Positions 41,599 through 51,627 are shown, numbered from the stretch's first letter. The stretch is DNA of 64,000 nt from Truepera sp. (GCA_965218435.1 CBDCKW010000009.1:1088001-1152000); one strand, 5' to 3'. The notes: generated by a model from the sequence alone, not told the origin. Translations and numbers: made by a program.

Positions 41599-41702
41599 AT
41601 ACATTTCCCGAGGCTTGCCTCGAAACTAGGAACGTATCAAGGTAAGCGTAGCTTACGAGATTTTCCTAAATACCCCGTCCGCTTGCGGCGGGGATTTTTA
41701 TT
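41599..41702. mobile_element. Three-hairpin non-autonomous element (IS200/IS605-end-like MITE/PATE)
   Basis: CGAGGC-TT-GCCTCG; GTAAGC-GTA-GCTTAC; CCCCG(T)CCGC-TT-GCGGCGGGG. Confidence 0.55.
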
Positions 41703-41841
41703 AAAGAAACGATTTCCGCAGCGTCCGTAAGGCGTATATCACGAAGAACGAGCGTGGCTCGGCTTACGCCTTTTTAGCTGGTATTTTTGCGTCCCGAGAA
41801 CTTCTTACTTGCTGCTACACACAGATGATAGCCTCAATACT

Positions 41842-42759
41842 ATGCGAGGAACCCACGCGTCTCTGCCCGACCCCCGTAACGAAACCGTCCAAGTGTACAT
41901 CAACGGCGAGTTCTTTCCCCGTACCGAAGCCAAAATCTCTGTCTTCGACAGTGGCTTTTTAGTCGGTGACGGCGTTTGGGAGGGTATCCGGCTGGACAAA
42001 GGCAAGTTTGCCTTTTTAGACCGGCATCTGACCCGACTTTTTGAAGGGGCAAAGGCGATTAGCCTGGACATTGGTAAGACCAAAGAAGAGCTGGCTGACG
42101 CACTCTACGCAACAGTTCGGCAAAACGACATGCAAAGTAATGTTCACGTCCGGCTGATGGTTACGCGCGGTACCAAAAAAACACCGTCGCAAGACCCGCG
42201 GTTAGTGGTGGGTGGCCCCAACATCGTGATTATCGCCGAGCATAAACGCGCCGACCCGGATGTGACGAGGGCGGGGGTGCGGCTTTTTACGGCAACCGTG
42301 CGCCGTCCGCCACCCGACACGCTAGACCAAAAGCTCAACTGCCACAGTAAACTGCACGAGGTCGTGGCGCTCGTGCAGGCACTTCACGCGGGCGCGGACG
42401 AGGCGCTGATGTTAGACTCCGAGGGGTTTGTGGCGACCTGTAATGCGACGAACTTTTTTATCGTCCGGCAGGGTGAAGTTTGGACGTCAACCGGGCAGTA
42501 CTGCCTGAACGGGATTACGCGGCGGCTGGTCTTAGAGCTTTGCCACGCGAACGGTATTCCGGCGTTTGAAAAACCCTTCTCCCTCACCGAGGTGTACAGC
42601 GCCGACGAAGCGTTTGTCACCGGCACCTTTGGCAGTCTGACGCCGGTCGTCTCGGTAGATGGGCGCGACCTCGGGGCAAATCTGAGGGGGGGCTTCGGCC
42701 CGGTTACGGCGCGGCTCAGTAGCCTTTACCAAGAAGCGGTTGCCGAGGCGACACTGTGA
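41842..42759 (+). CDS. PLP-dependent aminotransferase class IV
   Basis: DSGFLVGDGVWEG, LNGITR, ADEAFVTGT. Confidence 0.92.
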   Translation: MRGTHASLPDPRNETVQVYINGEFFPRTEAKISVFDSGFLVGDGVWEGIRLDKGKFAFLDRHLTRLFEGAKAISLDIGKTKEELADALYATVRQNDMQSNVHVRLMVTRGTKKTPSQDPRLVVGGPNIVIIAEHKRADPDVTRAGVRLFTATVRRPPPDTLDQKLNCHSKLHEVVALVQALHAGADEALMLDSEGFVATCNATNFFIVRQGEVWTSTGQYCLNGITRRLVLELCHANGIPAFEKPFSLTEVYSADEAFVTGTFGSLTPVVSVDGRDLGANLRGGFGPVTARLSSLYQEAVAEATL

Positions 42760-43484
42760 CCAAAACTGTGACGAAACGTATTTCAATCTGGTCGGGGCCG
42801 CGCAACGTCTCGACCGCGCTGATGTACAGCTTTCGTTCACGCGCCGATACGCCGGTCGTTGTAGACGAACCGCTCTATGGGCACTATCTCAAACGAACTG
42901 ACGCGCCGCATCCGGGCAAGGCTGAAGTCTTAGAGGCGGTGGATACAGACGGTGAGCGGGTCGTCTGTAAGGTTTTGTTAGGTCGCTATGACGCTGGCAC
43001 TGTGATGTTTAAGAACATGGCGCACCATCTGCCGGGTCTGAATCCCGCCTTTTTAGACGAACTGGATAACGTGCTGCTAGTACGTGACCCCGCTGAGATG
43101 CTCCCGTCTTTGGCCCAAGAACTTCCCGATCCGACGCTCCGCGATACCGGTTTGCAAGAACAGGTTTGGCTGCTCGAAAAGATTCAAATGTCGGGTAAAG
43201 TGCCCGTTGTGATCGAAGCCAGGAGGCTGCTCCAAAATCCTGAAGGGATATTGCGTGCGCTTTGCAGCGCGTTAGCGTTGCCCTTTGACCCGGCGATGCT
43301 TTCGTGGCCCGAAGGCCCCAAACCTGAAGACGGGGTGTGGGCAAAATATTGGTATAAAAACGTTCACGCCTCGAGCACCTTTGCCCCGTATACGCCCAAA
43401 ACTGCACCGTTTCCCGAGCATCTAAAGCCGCTGCTCGAGGTTTGCGCGCCGCTTTACGACCAGCTGCGGCGTTGCGCGCTCTAG
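42756..43484 (+). CDS. Sulfotransferase-like P-loop protein (aminotransferase IV-associated)
   Basis: WSGPRNVSTALMYSF, DEPLY, MLSWP...DGVWA..WY. Confidence 0.8.
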   Translation: MTKTVTKRISIWSGPRNVSTALMYSFRSRADTPVVVDEPLYGHYLKRTDAPHPGKAEVLEAVDTDGERVVCKVLLGRYDAGTVMFKNMAHHLPGLNPAFLDELDNVLLVRDPAEMLPSLAQELPDPTLRDTGLQEQVWLLEKIQMSGKVPVVIEARRLLQNPEGILRALCSALALPFDPAMLSWPEGPKPEDGVWAKYWYKNVHASSTFAPYTPKTAPFPEHLKPLLEVCAPLYDQLRRCAL

Positions 43485-43577
43485 CACTAAGCTATCCCAC
43501 AGCGTTTGGGAACATTTAGGCTTTTTGCTTACCAACGTTGTGAGTATTCGCATCTCAGACGGTATAATTTCAGAATA

Positions 43578-46500
43578 ATGTCAGGTGTAAAAGATGAAAC
43601 TTGGAAATCCACTGAACTTTGGCGCTTTATAGAAAATTCCCAAGATAGTGAAGCAGAATCCGTCCGCACTTTGCTCGAGAGTGTGATGCCTAGTGTTGAA
43701 ACTGTTTTGTCTAAAGGTGGTACTTCATCTACAGACTTCACGCTTCACGATGAGGGTCACGCTTTTAGGGTAGCACAGACCATGACAAAAATCGTTCCTC
43801 ACGATGTTTTGTCCAAGCTTTCTATCTATGAGTTGATGTTGCTGTTACTCTCAGCATATTTGCACGATATAGGTATGACACCTGAGAGAAAAAAAGTCCA
43901 TGAACATTATGCTTATTTGCTTACAGGTGATGCTAGAGGTTTAGACGCCCAAGCGCGAGCTGAATTTCAAAGCTGGTTAGATCACCAAGGCTCGAGTATA
44001 GAGCCACCTTTAGCGCGTGGAGCCCCCTCTCGTGAGCAGCTAGAGCAAGTAGAACTATTGACGACTCATTACTGTCGTTTCAAACACAACGATTGGAGTG
44101 AAGGTTGGGTTCGGCAACACTTATCTAAGAACCGTATTGCTGGTTACTCCCATTGGTTAGAAGACCTTATTCTTCTGTGCCGAAGTCACCATGAGACGTA
44201 CAAAGACCTTGTAGGTAGCAAATTTAAGCCTCGAAAAGTAGGGCAACCGTTCAGAATCGTCCATTTAAGATATCTAGCGTGTGTACTCCGCATCTCAGAT
44301 GTTCTCGAGTTTGACCCGAAGCGTACACCAGATGTTATATTCCGACATCGTAGTGTCTCGGAAGGCAGTCAGATATTTTGGCATAAAGACCACGAGATTT
44401 CCTCTGAATTTAGCTCGGAAGAGATAAAGGTCTTTGCACGTCCGTCAAATGCGTATGTACACAAAGCACTCGAAGAAACTGTAGAACAAATAGACACTGA
44501 GCTTCGCATCTGCCGAAAAATAGCTGATGAATTGCACTTTTCGAAAATACCTCAGCTACAGGAGGATTCACCGCACCGCTGGGACTTACCTGCATCATCT
44601 AATGCTTCAGTTGAACCTTCAGAAAACACTTATGAGTACATAAACGGAGCGTTTCGCCCGAACACAGAGCGTTTGCTCAAACTTCTTTCGGGTGTCGAAC
44701 TATACAAAGACCCGTTGGCGGCAGTTCGAGAGCTGTTACAAAATGCTTTCGATTCCGTCAGGGAACGCATAGCGTATCAGCGTCTTGAAAAGTCTAATCC
44801 GGCAGACCCTAATCTCGAGAAGTCTTTAGGGTCACTGCATGAAGTACATCTGAGATTCGAAGTTGGTGAAGACAACAGCACCTTCAAACTTATTTGTGGG
44901 GATGAAGGTATGGGAATGACTAAAACTATCATCAGCGACAGCTTCTTAGTCAGTGGTACTTCCAAAAGGCAAGATATTCTTGCTTTAGAACGCAAGTATA
45001 GGGAAGCAGGTGTCAACTTAGGACGAACCGGGCAGTTTGGAATAGGCGCTCTAAGCTATTTCATGCTGGCAGACAAATTGACGATACAAACGAAGCGCAG
45101 CCAAGAGGCTGGAGATAGCGAAGCGACAGGATGGGCCTTTGAAACGCGAGGCATTGAAGCATTTGGTGAACTGCGCACTACTAAGATGTCAAAAGTTGGG
45201 ACACAACTTACGCTGCATTTGCGTAGTGACATTGTTGGAAACGAACCTTCAGCGTGGTTTTCTGCCTTAGAGAAATATATTAGAGAAACGCTATTGTATA
45301 TTCCGTGTAGATTCACGCTGAGCAGTTCGTTGACAGATTGCGAGCCTGTGGTCTTTGAACCTGGCTGGTTCAAAGATACTAATAGTTTTGAGCCTCATGT
45401 TTTAGACGCTCTAAAGAATGTAGATTGGCGACACTACAGTCTAACCAGTAACGAAATGATTGACGTTCTGACGGTAGAGGCTCGTCAAGAACTACGTCAG
45501 ATGCAGGAGCGCCAGGATGCAGCTTACAAGCAGGCCCGAGACTCCTTGAAATGGAAAGTTGTAGAGGGCACGTTTGGAAATAATCTAGGAAGATATAGGG
45601 TACAAATCCCGTACTTTGACCTTGCAAGCCATCTGTCGCTGGCATATCTCAAAATCAGACAAGAAGGTCAAACTGATTATATGGAATATGTAAAAGAACG
45701 TGATTTCATATATTTTCCCGACTGGCAAATGGATATTGGGTGGAAAGGGGTTTCTACATTATCCACAGGGCGTAACAATCGTTTTTATGAATTAGCGTTG
45801 CCTGTTAATAATTTCTTTTCGGCGATTGTAGAAGTAGATACATACTCATCAGACGTAGGACTACTTTCGGTTGACAGGAAGGGTATAGAACTTAGCCAAG
45901 CATTTAAGCTTGCGTTACGAGATTTATATAAAGACTTAGAAAACATGTATGACGAGCTGCTGCGTGAAAACATAAAGTCAAAATTCGCTCTGCTAAACCA
46001 TATTCTTACAACAGGTTCCTTGCCCTCAGTTGATGATATGAAATGGATTAAAGGAATAAGGGACCCGAAACATCCAGAAAAGAGAATTGCTGCTTGGGAC
46101 GGAGTTTCTCTACCAGTAGTTCACTACTCAAGAAGCATCAGGGGATGGGGCGACGAAGGTAACATTCTGAGCGATTTTGATGAAGAAAGGCTGTCGTGGC
46201 GTGGTTATGAAGTGTCAACCTTTCATAGCCTCTCGCGGTCTGGAAGAAGTGCAAACACTTGGCGAACGCCAGAAGCTGTGCCTGATCGCATAGTCGAATT
46301 TACTCACAAGAATACCTTATTTCTCGCAGTATTATGGACTAAACAGTCCATAGAAAACAGCGACTTGACGACCTTAATGAGTATAGGCCAGAAGTGTTTG
46401 TTTCCTATGGAATGGAAAAAGCTAGCTATCGTTCAGCTTGAAGACTCTGGTACAAGCAGTTTATCTTTTCTAAATGGCGACAACAATTTAGTGCAGATGT

Positions 46501-46886
46501 TTGACGAAAATCGGTATAGAGAACTTCGGCCTACACTATCAATAGCATTTGACCCACTGCTCTCAAAAGATACAATCCTTAAAGACAAGTTTTATTCGGC
46601 AACCTGGCTATTAGCATATCTTGCAAAATCAAGAGGACATGAAGAGTGGACATACAAGTCAATATGGGATGCTTTGCCCCAGCGTGACCCGCGCTTTCTT
46701 ACGTCGCTGTGGGCAATGCTCGGACTTGACGAATCTACACCTATCTATGTCTGGCACGGAGAACAACAAGACGGTTACTTGCTCGAGATATCGCCCGGAG
46801 TTTGGAATGTTCATAAGGATATGGCGGCAATCAGGCAACATCTACCAGAACCATCTAACGAGTGGAAACTTCAGCAAACGTCATAA
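43578..46886 (+). CDS. HD-domain + HSP90-like (GHKL) ATPase + unknown C-terminal region; candidate defence/conflict protein
   Basis: FTLHDEGH, YLHDIGM, CRSHH, LRISDVLEFD; RELLQNAFD, DEGMGMT, GQFGIG, GTQLTL; visibly AT-richer than flanks. Confidence 0.85.
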   Translation: MSGVKDETWKSTELWRFIENSQDSEAESVRTLLESVMPSVETVLSKGGTSSTDFTLHDEGHAFRVAQTMTKIVPHDVLSKLSIYELMLLLLSAYLHDIGMTPERKKVHEHYAYLLTGDARGLDAQARAEFQSWLDHQGSSIEPPLARGAPSREQLEQVELLTTHYCRFKHNDWSEGWVRQHLSKNRIAGYSHWLEDLILLCRSHHETYKDLVGSKFKPRKVGQPFRIVHLRYLACVLRISDVLEFDPKRTPDVIFRHRSVSEGSQIFWHKDHEISSEFSSEEIKVFARPSNAYVHKALEETVEQIDTELRICRKIADELHFSKIPQLQEDSPHRWDLPASSNASVEPSENTYEYINGAFRPNTERLLKLLSGVELYKDPLAAVRELLQNAFDSVRERIAYQRLEKSNPADPNLEKSLGSLHEVHLRFEVGEDNSTFKLICGDEGMGMTKTIISDSFLVSGTSKRQDILALERKYREAGVNLGRTGQFGIGALSYFMLADKLTIQTKRSQEAGDSEATGWAFETRGIEAFGELRTTKMSKVGTQLTLHLRSDIVGNEPSAWFSALEKYIRETLLYIPCRFTLSSSLTDCEPVVFEPGWFKDTNSFEPHVLDALKNVDWRHYSLTSNEMIDVLTVEARQELRQMQERQDAAYKQARDSLKWKVVEGTFGNNLGRYRVQIPYFDLASHLSLAYLKIRQEGQTDYMEYVKERDFIYFPDWQMDIGWKGVSTLSTGRNNRFYELALPVNNFFSAIVEVDTYSSDVGLLSVDRKGIELSQAFKLALRDLYKDLENMYDELLRENIKSKFALLNHILTTGSLPSVDDMKWIKGIRDPKHPEKRIAAWDGVSLPVVHYSRSIRGWGDEGNILSDFDEERLSWRGYEVSTFHSLSRSGRSANTWRTPEAVPDRIVEFTHKNTLFLAVLWTKQSIENSDLTTLMSIGQKCLFPMEWKKLAIVQLEDSGTSSLSFLNGDNNLVQMFDENRYRELRPTLSIAFDPLLSKDTILKDKFYSATWLLAYLAKSRGHEEWTYKSIWDALPQRDPRFLTSLWAMLGLDESTPIYVWHGEQQDGYLLEISPGVWNVHKDMAAIRQHLPEPSNEWKLQQTS

Positions 46887-46917
46887 GCTCATTAACATCT
46901 TCAACCGGTTAGAGATT

Positions 46918-49263
46918 TTAGATCTCAAGTTTTTCTTTAACCAACTCCTGCGCCAACTGCGGATTGGCCTGCCCTCTCGTCTCGCGCATGAGTTGCCCGA
47001 CAAAAAATCCTAGCAAGCCGGTTTTCCCGCCCCGGTAGGCGTCGGCTTTGTCGGGGTTTTGGCTGACGAGCGCGTCTACGAGGGGTTCTAGTGCGCCCCT
47101 ATCTGAGACTTGCTCGAGCCCCCGCGCCGACACAATCTCCGGTGCGCTTTTGCCCGTTCTGACCATCTCGGCAAACACTTCTTTAGCGAGACGCGCACTG
47201 AGGGTACCGTCATCAACGAGCGCCACGAGTCCGGCGAGGTCTTCCGGTGAGACCTTAAACGCGCCGTCTAATTTGTGTTCGTGGGCTACGTCGCCGACAA
47301 CCCAACTCGCCAGCTGTGGGCTCATATGGACGTTTGCGGCGTTTTTGAAATACTCACCGAGGGCACTGTCCCGAACGAGGACGGCGGCCTCCTCGGGGCT
47401 CGCGCCCTGCGCGGTAAAGCTGTTAAAGCGGTCCCGTTCATCAGGGGAGAACTCAGCTGTTACATCTCGAGGTGTTTCTTGCGGACGCTTTTCCTTTTTT
47501 TTAACTTGGCCTCTGGCCTCGAGCCTGCTTTGAGTGCCGGAATGTGCCTGCACGTCGTGCGTTTTCGCCCAGGCGTCTTTGAGGGTGATGGTGCGGTTGA
47601 AAACCAGTGCGTCAGGTTGGCTGTCTACCGAATCCTGAACGAAAAACCCGGTTCGTTCAAACTGATAGTGCGTCGTACTCGGGTCACCTTGGACGCTCGG
47701 CTCAACGAACCCACGCCGAACTGTGAGCGAGTCGGGGTTGAGCTTTTGGACGAATGGCACATCGTCATCTTCAGGATTAGGAACGCTAAAAAGCCGGTCA
47801 TAAAGCCGAAACTCGGCGGGGACAGCTTCTTTAGCCGAGACCCAGTGAACGACGCCCTTAACGTCTTTGCGCGGCGTTTGGCCCAAGGTGTCAGACTCAA
47901 AAGTGCAGCGCAGTTCGGTTACAACACCCGCCTCGTCTCTAACGACCTCATCACAGCGAATCACATAGGCGTGCCGGAGCCGCACCTTGGCTCCCGGCGA
48001 GAGCCGCTTAAAGCCTCGTTCCGGCGTCTCTTGAAAATCGCTCTGTTCGAGATACAGTTCACGGCCAAAGGGCAGGAGCCTCGAGCCCTCATTAGGCACG
48101 TCGTGTGGCCAATAGGGGGCCTCGAGCATTTCGCTCTGACCTTCGGGATAATTCGTCAAGGTGACTTTGAGCGGTTCCAACACGGCCATCACACGCGGCG
48201 AAACCGGGCTCAGGTCGCTGCGGATGGCGTACTCTAGGAGCGCAATATCAACCGTGCGGTTGGTCCGTGAAATGCCGATCCGTCCGGCGAAGTCGCGGAC
48301 GGCTTCAGGCCGCACACCGCGCCGCCGTAAACCCGTCAGGGTCGGCATCCGGGGGTCGTCCCACCCTGAGACCGCGCCGACATTAACGAGTTCGATCAGC
48401 CTGCGTTTGCTGACGACGGTGTACTCGAGGCTTCGCCGCCCAAATTCGTACTGATGCGGCCTCTGTCCTTCCCAAAGATTTTCCATGAGCCAGTCATACA
48501 CCGCGCGGTTGTCGCTAAACTCCAAGGTGCAAAACGAGTGCGTTACCCCGTCGAGCGCGTCCGATGGGGCCTGCGCAAAGTCGTAACTCGGATAGATGTG
48601 CCACGCCTCGCCGGTCCGGTAGTGCGGCGCGTTGACGATGCGGTATAAGACCGGATCGCGAAGTTTCATATTCGGATTCGTCAGGTCAATTTTCGCCCGC
48701 AAGACGTGCGCCCCGTTGTCAAACTCACCGCTGCGCATCTTTTCTAACAACTCTAAGTTCTCCTCGACGCTTCGTTCACGGTACGGGCTCGGGGTGCCGG
48801 GTGTGGTCGCCGTCCCGCGCAGCGTCGCCATTTCCTCTTCAGGCACGCTGTCCACGTAAGCTTTGCCTGCCCGGATGAGCGTTTGGGCCATCTCGTAAAG
48901 CTCAGCGAAATAGTTTGAGGCGTAGCTGACCGCCCCCGCCCACTCCCAGCCGAGCCAGCGCATGTCGCGGATGAAGCCTTCGGCGTACTCGAGCCTCTCA
49001 GTCAGCGGGTTCGTGTCGTCCATCCGTAACCGCGTCAAGCCGCCGTAATCTTGGGCCAAACCGAAGTTGAGATAGCTGGCCACCGCGTGCCCGATGTGGG
49101 CGTAGCCGTTGGGTTCCGGCGGAAAGCGGGTGACGATCTGCACCCCTGTTTGCGCGGCCCGGTCCAAAATATCGGTTAAAAAGTTTTCCGAAACGAGCCG
49201 CTCCGGGTTCGCATCGGGGTTTACGGCGGTCATTTCCGGGTCGGGTGAAGCAGTCGGGGCCAT
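46918..49263 (-). CDS. glnS: Glutaminyl-tRNA synthetase with C-terminal GatB/YqeY domain
   Basis: TRFPPEPNGYAHIGH, VSKR, WDDPRMPT; C-terminal GFFVGQLMRETRGQANP. Confidence 0.96.
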   Translation of the reverse strand: MAPTASPDPEMTAVNPDANPERLVSENFLTDILDRAAQTGVQIVTRFPPEPNGYAHIGHAVASYLNFGLAQDYGGLTRLRMDDTNPLTERLEYAEGFIRDMRWLGWEWAGAVSYASNYFAELYEMAQTLIRAGKAYVDSVPEEEMATLRGTATTPGTPSPYRERSVEENLELLEKMRSGEFDNGAHVLRAKIDLTNPNMKLRDPVLYRIVNAPHYRTGEAWHIYPSYDFAQAPSDALDGVTHSFCTLEFSDNRAVYDWLMENLWEGQRPHQYEFGRRSLEYTVVSKRRLIELVNVGAVSGWDDPRMPTLTGLRRRGVRPEAVRDFAGRIGISRTNRTVDIALLEYAIRSDLSPVSPRVMAVLEPLKVTLTNYPEGQSEMLEAPYWPHDVPNEGSRLLPFGRELYLEQSDFQETPERGFKRLSPGAKVRLRHAYVIRCDEVVRDEAGVVTELRCTFESDTLGQTPRKDVKGVVHWVSAKEAVPAEFRLYDRLFSVPNPEDDDVPFVQKLNPDSLTVRRGFVEPSVQGDPSTTHYQFERTGFFVQDSVDSQPDALVFNRTITLKDAWAKTHDVQAHSGTQSRLEARGQVKKKEKRPQETPRDVTAEFSPDERDRFNSFTAQGASPEEAAVLVRDSALGEYFKNAANVHMSPQLASWVVGDVAHEHKLDGAFKVSPEDLAGLVALVDDGTLSARLAKEVFAEMVRTGKSAPEIVSARGLEQVSDRGALEPLVDALVSQNPDKADAYRGGKTGLLGFFVGQLMRETRGQANPQLAQELVKEKLEI

Positions 49264-49362
49264 AGGTGAGCCTATCACTCAGTTACGTGTGCGACAACTG
49301 AATGTCAAACGTTCGGCCGCAGTTTGTCAGGGTGTTCTGGTAGCTAAGGCTCTACCGCCGAG

Positions 49363-50208
49363 TCAAGGCCCAAGCAGTATCCGTGAGCGAAACTCCGCCT
49401 TACCCTGGACGCCTGTTCCAGCTTCAGACGTATGCTCGAATGTTGCGCCCGCTCCTGAGCCTTCGCCTGCCCCCGAGGTCACATAAAGCGTCCTCAGGTC
49501 AGTGCCCCCGAAGGTCAATGACGTGACATTTTTGGCGTCTAACGGTAACTCATCTAAGACACGCCCGTCCGCGTCATGGTGAACGACTTTCCCGCCGCTA
49601 TGCCGCGCAGAGAAAAAGGTACCGTCAGCAGCGACCGTAAGACCGTCGGGGATGTCGGTTTCAGTGGGCGCTTCGTAGATCAGGTCACGCCCGGTCAGCT
49701 GCTGGGTCGTCTCATCGTAGTTAAAGCGGTAGATATGCTGCGCGGTCGAATCGGTCCAGTAAAACGTCCTTAGGTCGGGAGAAAAGCCTATCCCGTTGGC
49801 AACCTGGGTACCGTCCCAGAGCCGTTCCAACACGCCGTTTTGAAACACGCGGTAGACGCCGCCTGAGGTCTTGGTTGAGCCGATGGTTCCGGCCAGCACA
49901 TCGCCGGTAGGGGTCGTGGTCACGTCATTAAACCGCGCCATGCCCTCTTCGTGCACCTCGAGCAGCGTTTCGGGTTGACCGCCGGGCTCGAGCCGCGCGA
50001 TGTCCGACACCCGGAAAAGAAGCAGGCTGCCATCTTCTTGCAGGGTAAAGCCCCCGACTTTTTCCCCGTGATAGATCACGTCATGCCGGCCCGCTTGGTA
50101 ACGGTGGAGAGTGCCGCCGTCAATGTCGGTCCAGTAGAGGCACCCTTCGCGGTCGTCCCAGAGCGGGTTTTCCCCGAGCGTACAGTGAGCCTGAACAAGG
50201 ATTTTCAT
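49363..50208 (-). CDS. SMP-30/gluconolactonase/LRE family protein
   Basis: LGENPLWD, RFND, NGIGFSPD, PDGL. Confidence 0.9.
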   Translation of the reverse strand: MKILVQAHCTLGENPLWDDREGCLYWTDIDGGTLHRYQAGRHDVIYHGEKVGGFTLQEDGSLLLFRVSDIARLEPGGQPETLLEVHEEGMARFNDVTTTPTGDVLAGTIGSTKTSGGVYRVFQNGVLERLWDGTQVANGIGFSPDLRTFYWTDSTAQHIYRFNYDETTQQLTGRDLIYEAPTETDIPDGLTVAADGTFFSARHSGGKVVHHDADGRVLDELPLDAKNVTSLTFGGTDLRTLYVTSGAGEGSGAGATFEHTSEAGTGVQGKAEFRSRILLGP

Positions 50209-50299
50209 CAAGGACCTCGCTAACTTCGCCGAACCGTCGCTACTGCTTTTGGTAGGGCACATACTAGAGGCACGTAGCGAGTTGAGATAAGGCTTTGAG

Positions 50300-50992
50300 C
50301 TACAGTTTCTCAGAATAAGAATAGAGGACGAGTAAGTCCTCGAGCCCTGACACTGCAAACGTGGGCGGGCTCAGATGTTGAGGCCAAACACGCCCGTGCC
50401 GCAGCCAAACGGTCTGCATTCCCACCCTCTTTGCGCCCATGATATCTTTCTCCGGGTGATCGCCGACAAAGGTACAAGACGACGGTTCAGCGCCGAAACG
50501 CCGCACGGCTTCTAAAAATATCTCGGGTTCAGGTTTACGCATTCCGACTGCTTCTGAAATAAGGCTGAAGTCCACTAGACTATCTAACCCAGAGGCTCTT
50601 AACTTTTGTTTTTGTGCCAAGATTGTCCCGTTAGTGACGATGCCAAGTCCAGCACCTTGCAGACGCAACTGCCGCAGCACAGCCAGTGCGCCCGGTTGCG
50701 CCGTACAGGTCTCAAAAGCGTTTAACCTGAAGTCAGTTACCAACTCCGCTACCGACGCGTTCAGCTCAAACTCGCGGGTAAGCGTTTTATAGACCTCTAC
50801 TTTAGACGCGTGGCCGTTTTGCTCGAGCTCCAGAAAACGCCGGGTATAGCTTTCCGCCAACGGCTTGCCCGCGCCGTACTTTTTATATTGTTCGGGTAAG
50901 AACGTCTCGAGGGAGGGCAGTCGGTCAACGAGCGTACCGTCGAGATCAAAAAGCCAAACGTCAGACCTAAACTCACACCCGGACTTAGCCAT
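50300..50992 (-). CDS. HAD family hydrolase
   Basis: FDLDGTL, VTNG, KPEPEIF, VGDHPEKDI. Confidence 0.92.
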   Translation of the reverse strand: MAKSGCEFRSDVWLFDLDGTLVDRLPSLETFLPEQYKKYGAGKPLAESYTRRFLELEQNGHASKVEVYKTLTREFELNASVAELVTDFRLNAFETCTAQPGALAVLRQLRLQGAGLGIVTNGTILAQKQKLRASGLDSLVDFSLISEAVGMRKPEPEIFLEAVRRFGAEPSSCTFVGDHPEKDIMGAKRVGMQTVWLRHGRVWPQHLSPPTFAVSGLEDLLVLYSYSEKL

Positions 50993-51077
50993 AGGTGACG
51001 ATACAACCTTATTTGCTAAAGCTAAGCCGAACGAAACCTAAAAAAGCTCTCACCGCCCATATGTTAAACTCGTCCGC

Positions 51078-51422
51078 GTGGCGCAACCTGAACTCAAGCT
51101 TCCCAACGTCGAAACGCTCGCGCCGATTTTAGGTCAGCTCACGTTCGGTGCGCTCGCCGGTTTTGCGGCGGGGTACGCCCTTAAAAAAATCGGTAAGTTT
51201 GCAGCCATTACGCTTGGGCTCTTTTTTCTCGGTGTTCAGCTCTTGGCGTATTACGGCCTGGTGGAGATCAACTGGCTACAGATTCAAGAGGGCGTTGACC
51301 CGCTCCTCCGCCCCGAATCGTTGCAGGCGCTGTGGCGCTCGCTGGTTGACTTGCTGACGCTCAATCTGCCCTTTGCCGGTGCGTTCGTCCCCGGTTTGTT
51401 GCTCGGCTTGCAGCGCGGTTAA
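51078..51422 (+). CDS. FUN14 family membrane protein
   Basis: GFAAGYALKKIGK, YGLVEINW. Confidence 0.8.
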   Translation: MAQPELKLPNVETLAPILGQLTFGALAGFAAGYALKKIGKFAAITLGLFFLGVQLLAYYGLVEINWLQIQEGVDPLLRPESLQALWRSLVDLLTLNLPFAGAFVPGLLLGLQRG

Positions 51423-51521
51423 AGCGCAGTTTATAAGCTGCTTTTAGGCTAGAGTGCGGGAGTGCCCAAGTTAAAGTCAGTTCTGAGTTGCCCGTTTTTT
51501 ATTAATCAGCACCGTAAACAT

Positions 51522-51542
51522 TCTGAGTGAGGTACGCTCAAG
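51522..51542. promoter_or_regulatory. HAIR-like (HspR operator) site
   Basis: TCTGAGT-N7-GCTCAAG versus consensus CTTGAGT-N7-ACTCAAG. Confidence 0.55.
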
Positions 51543-51561
51543 CTACCTGATACAAATCCGC

Positions 51562-51591
51562 TTGACATTCGGCGGGTACCGTGCATATGAT
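51562..51591 (+). promoter_or_regulatory. groESL promoter TTGACA-N18-TATGAT
   Basis: Near-consensus boxes upstream of CIRCE. Confidence 0.75.
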
Positions 51592-51600
51592 AAGCCTTAG

Positions 51601-51627
51601 TTAGCACTCGAGCAAAGCGAGTGCTAA
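51601..51627. promoter_or_regulatory. CIRCE element (HrcA operator)
   Basis: Perfect TTAGCACTC-N9-GAGTGCTAA. Confidence 0.97.

Noticed and set aside
43485..46917. att sites or direct repeats flanking the HD-ATPase gene
   Set aside because: Only a 6-bp TAAGCT match, which is chance level; no integrase nearby.
46918..49263. GlnRS-YqeY fusion as a novelty
   Set aside because: Already known from Deinococcus; used only as a taxonomic clue.
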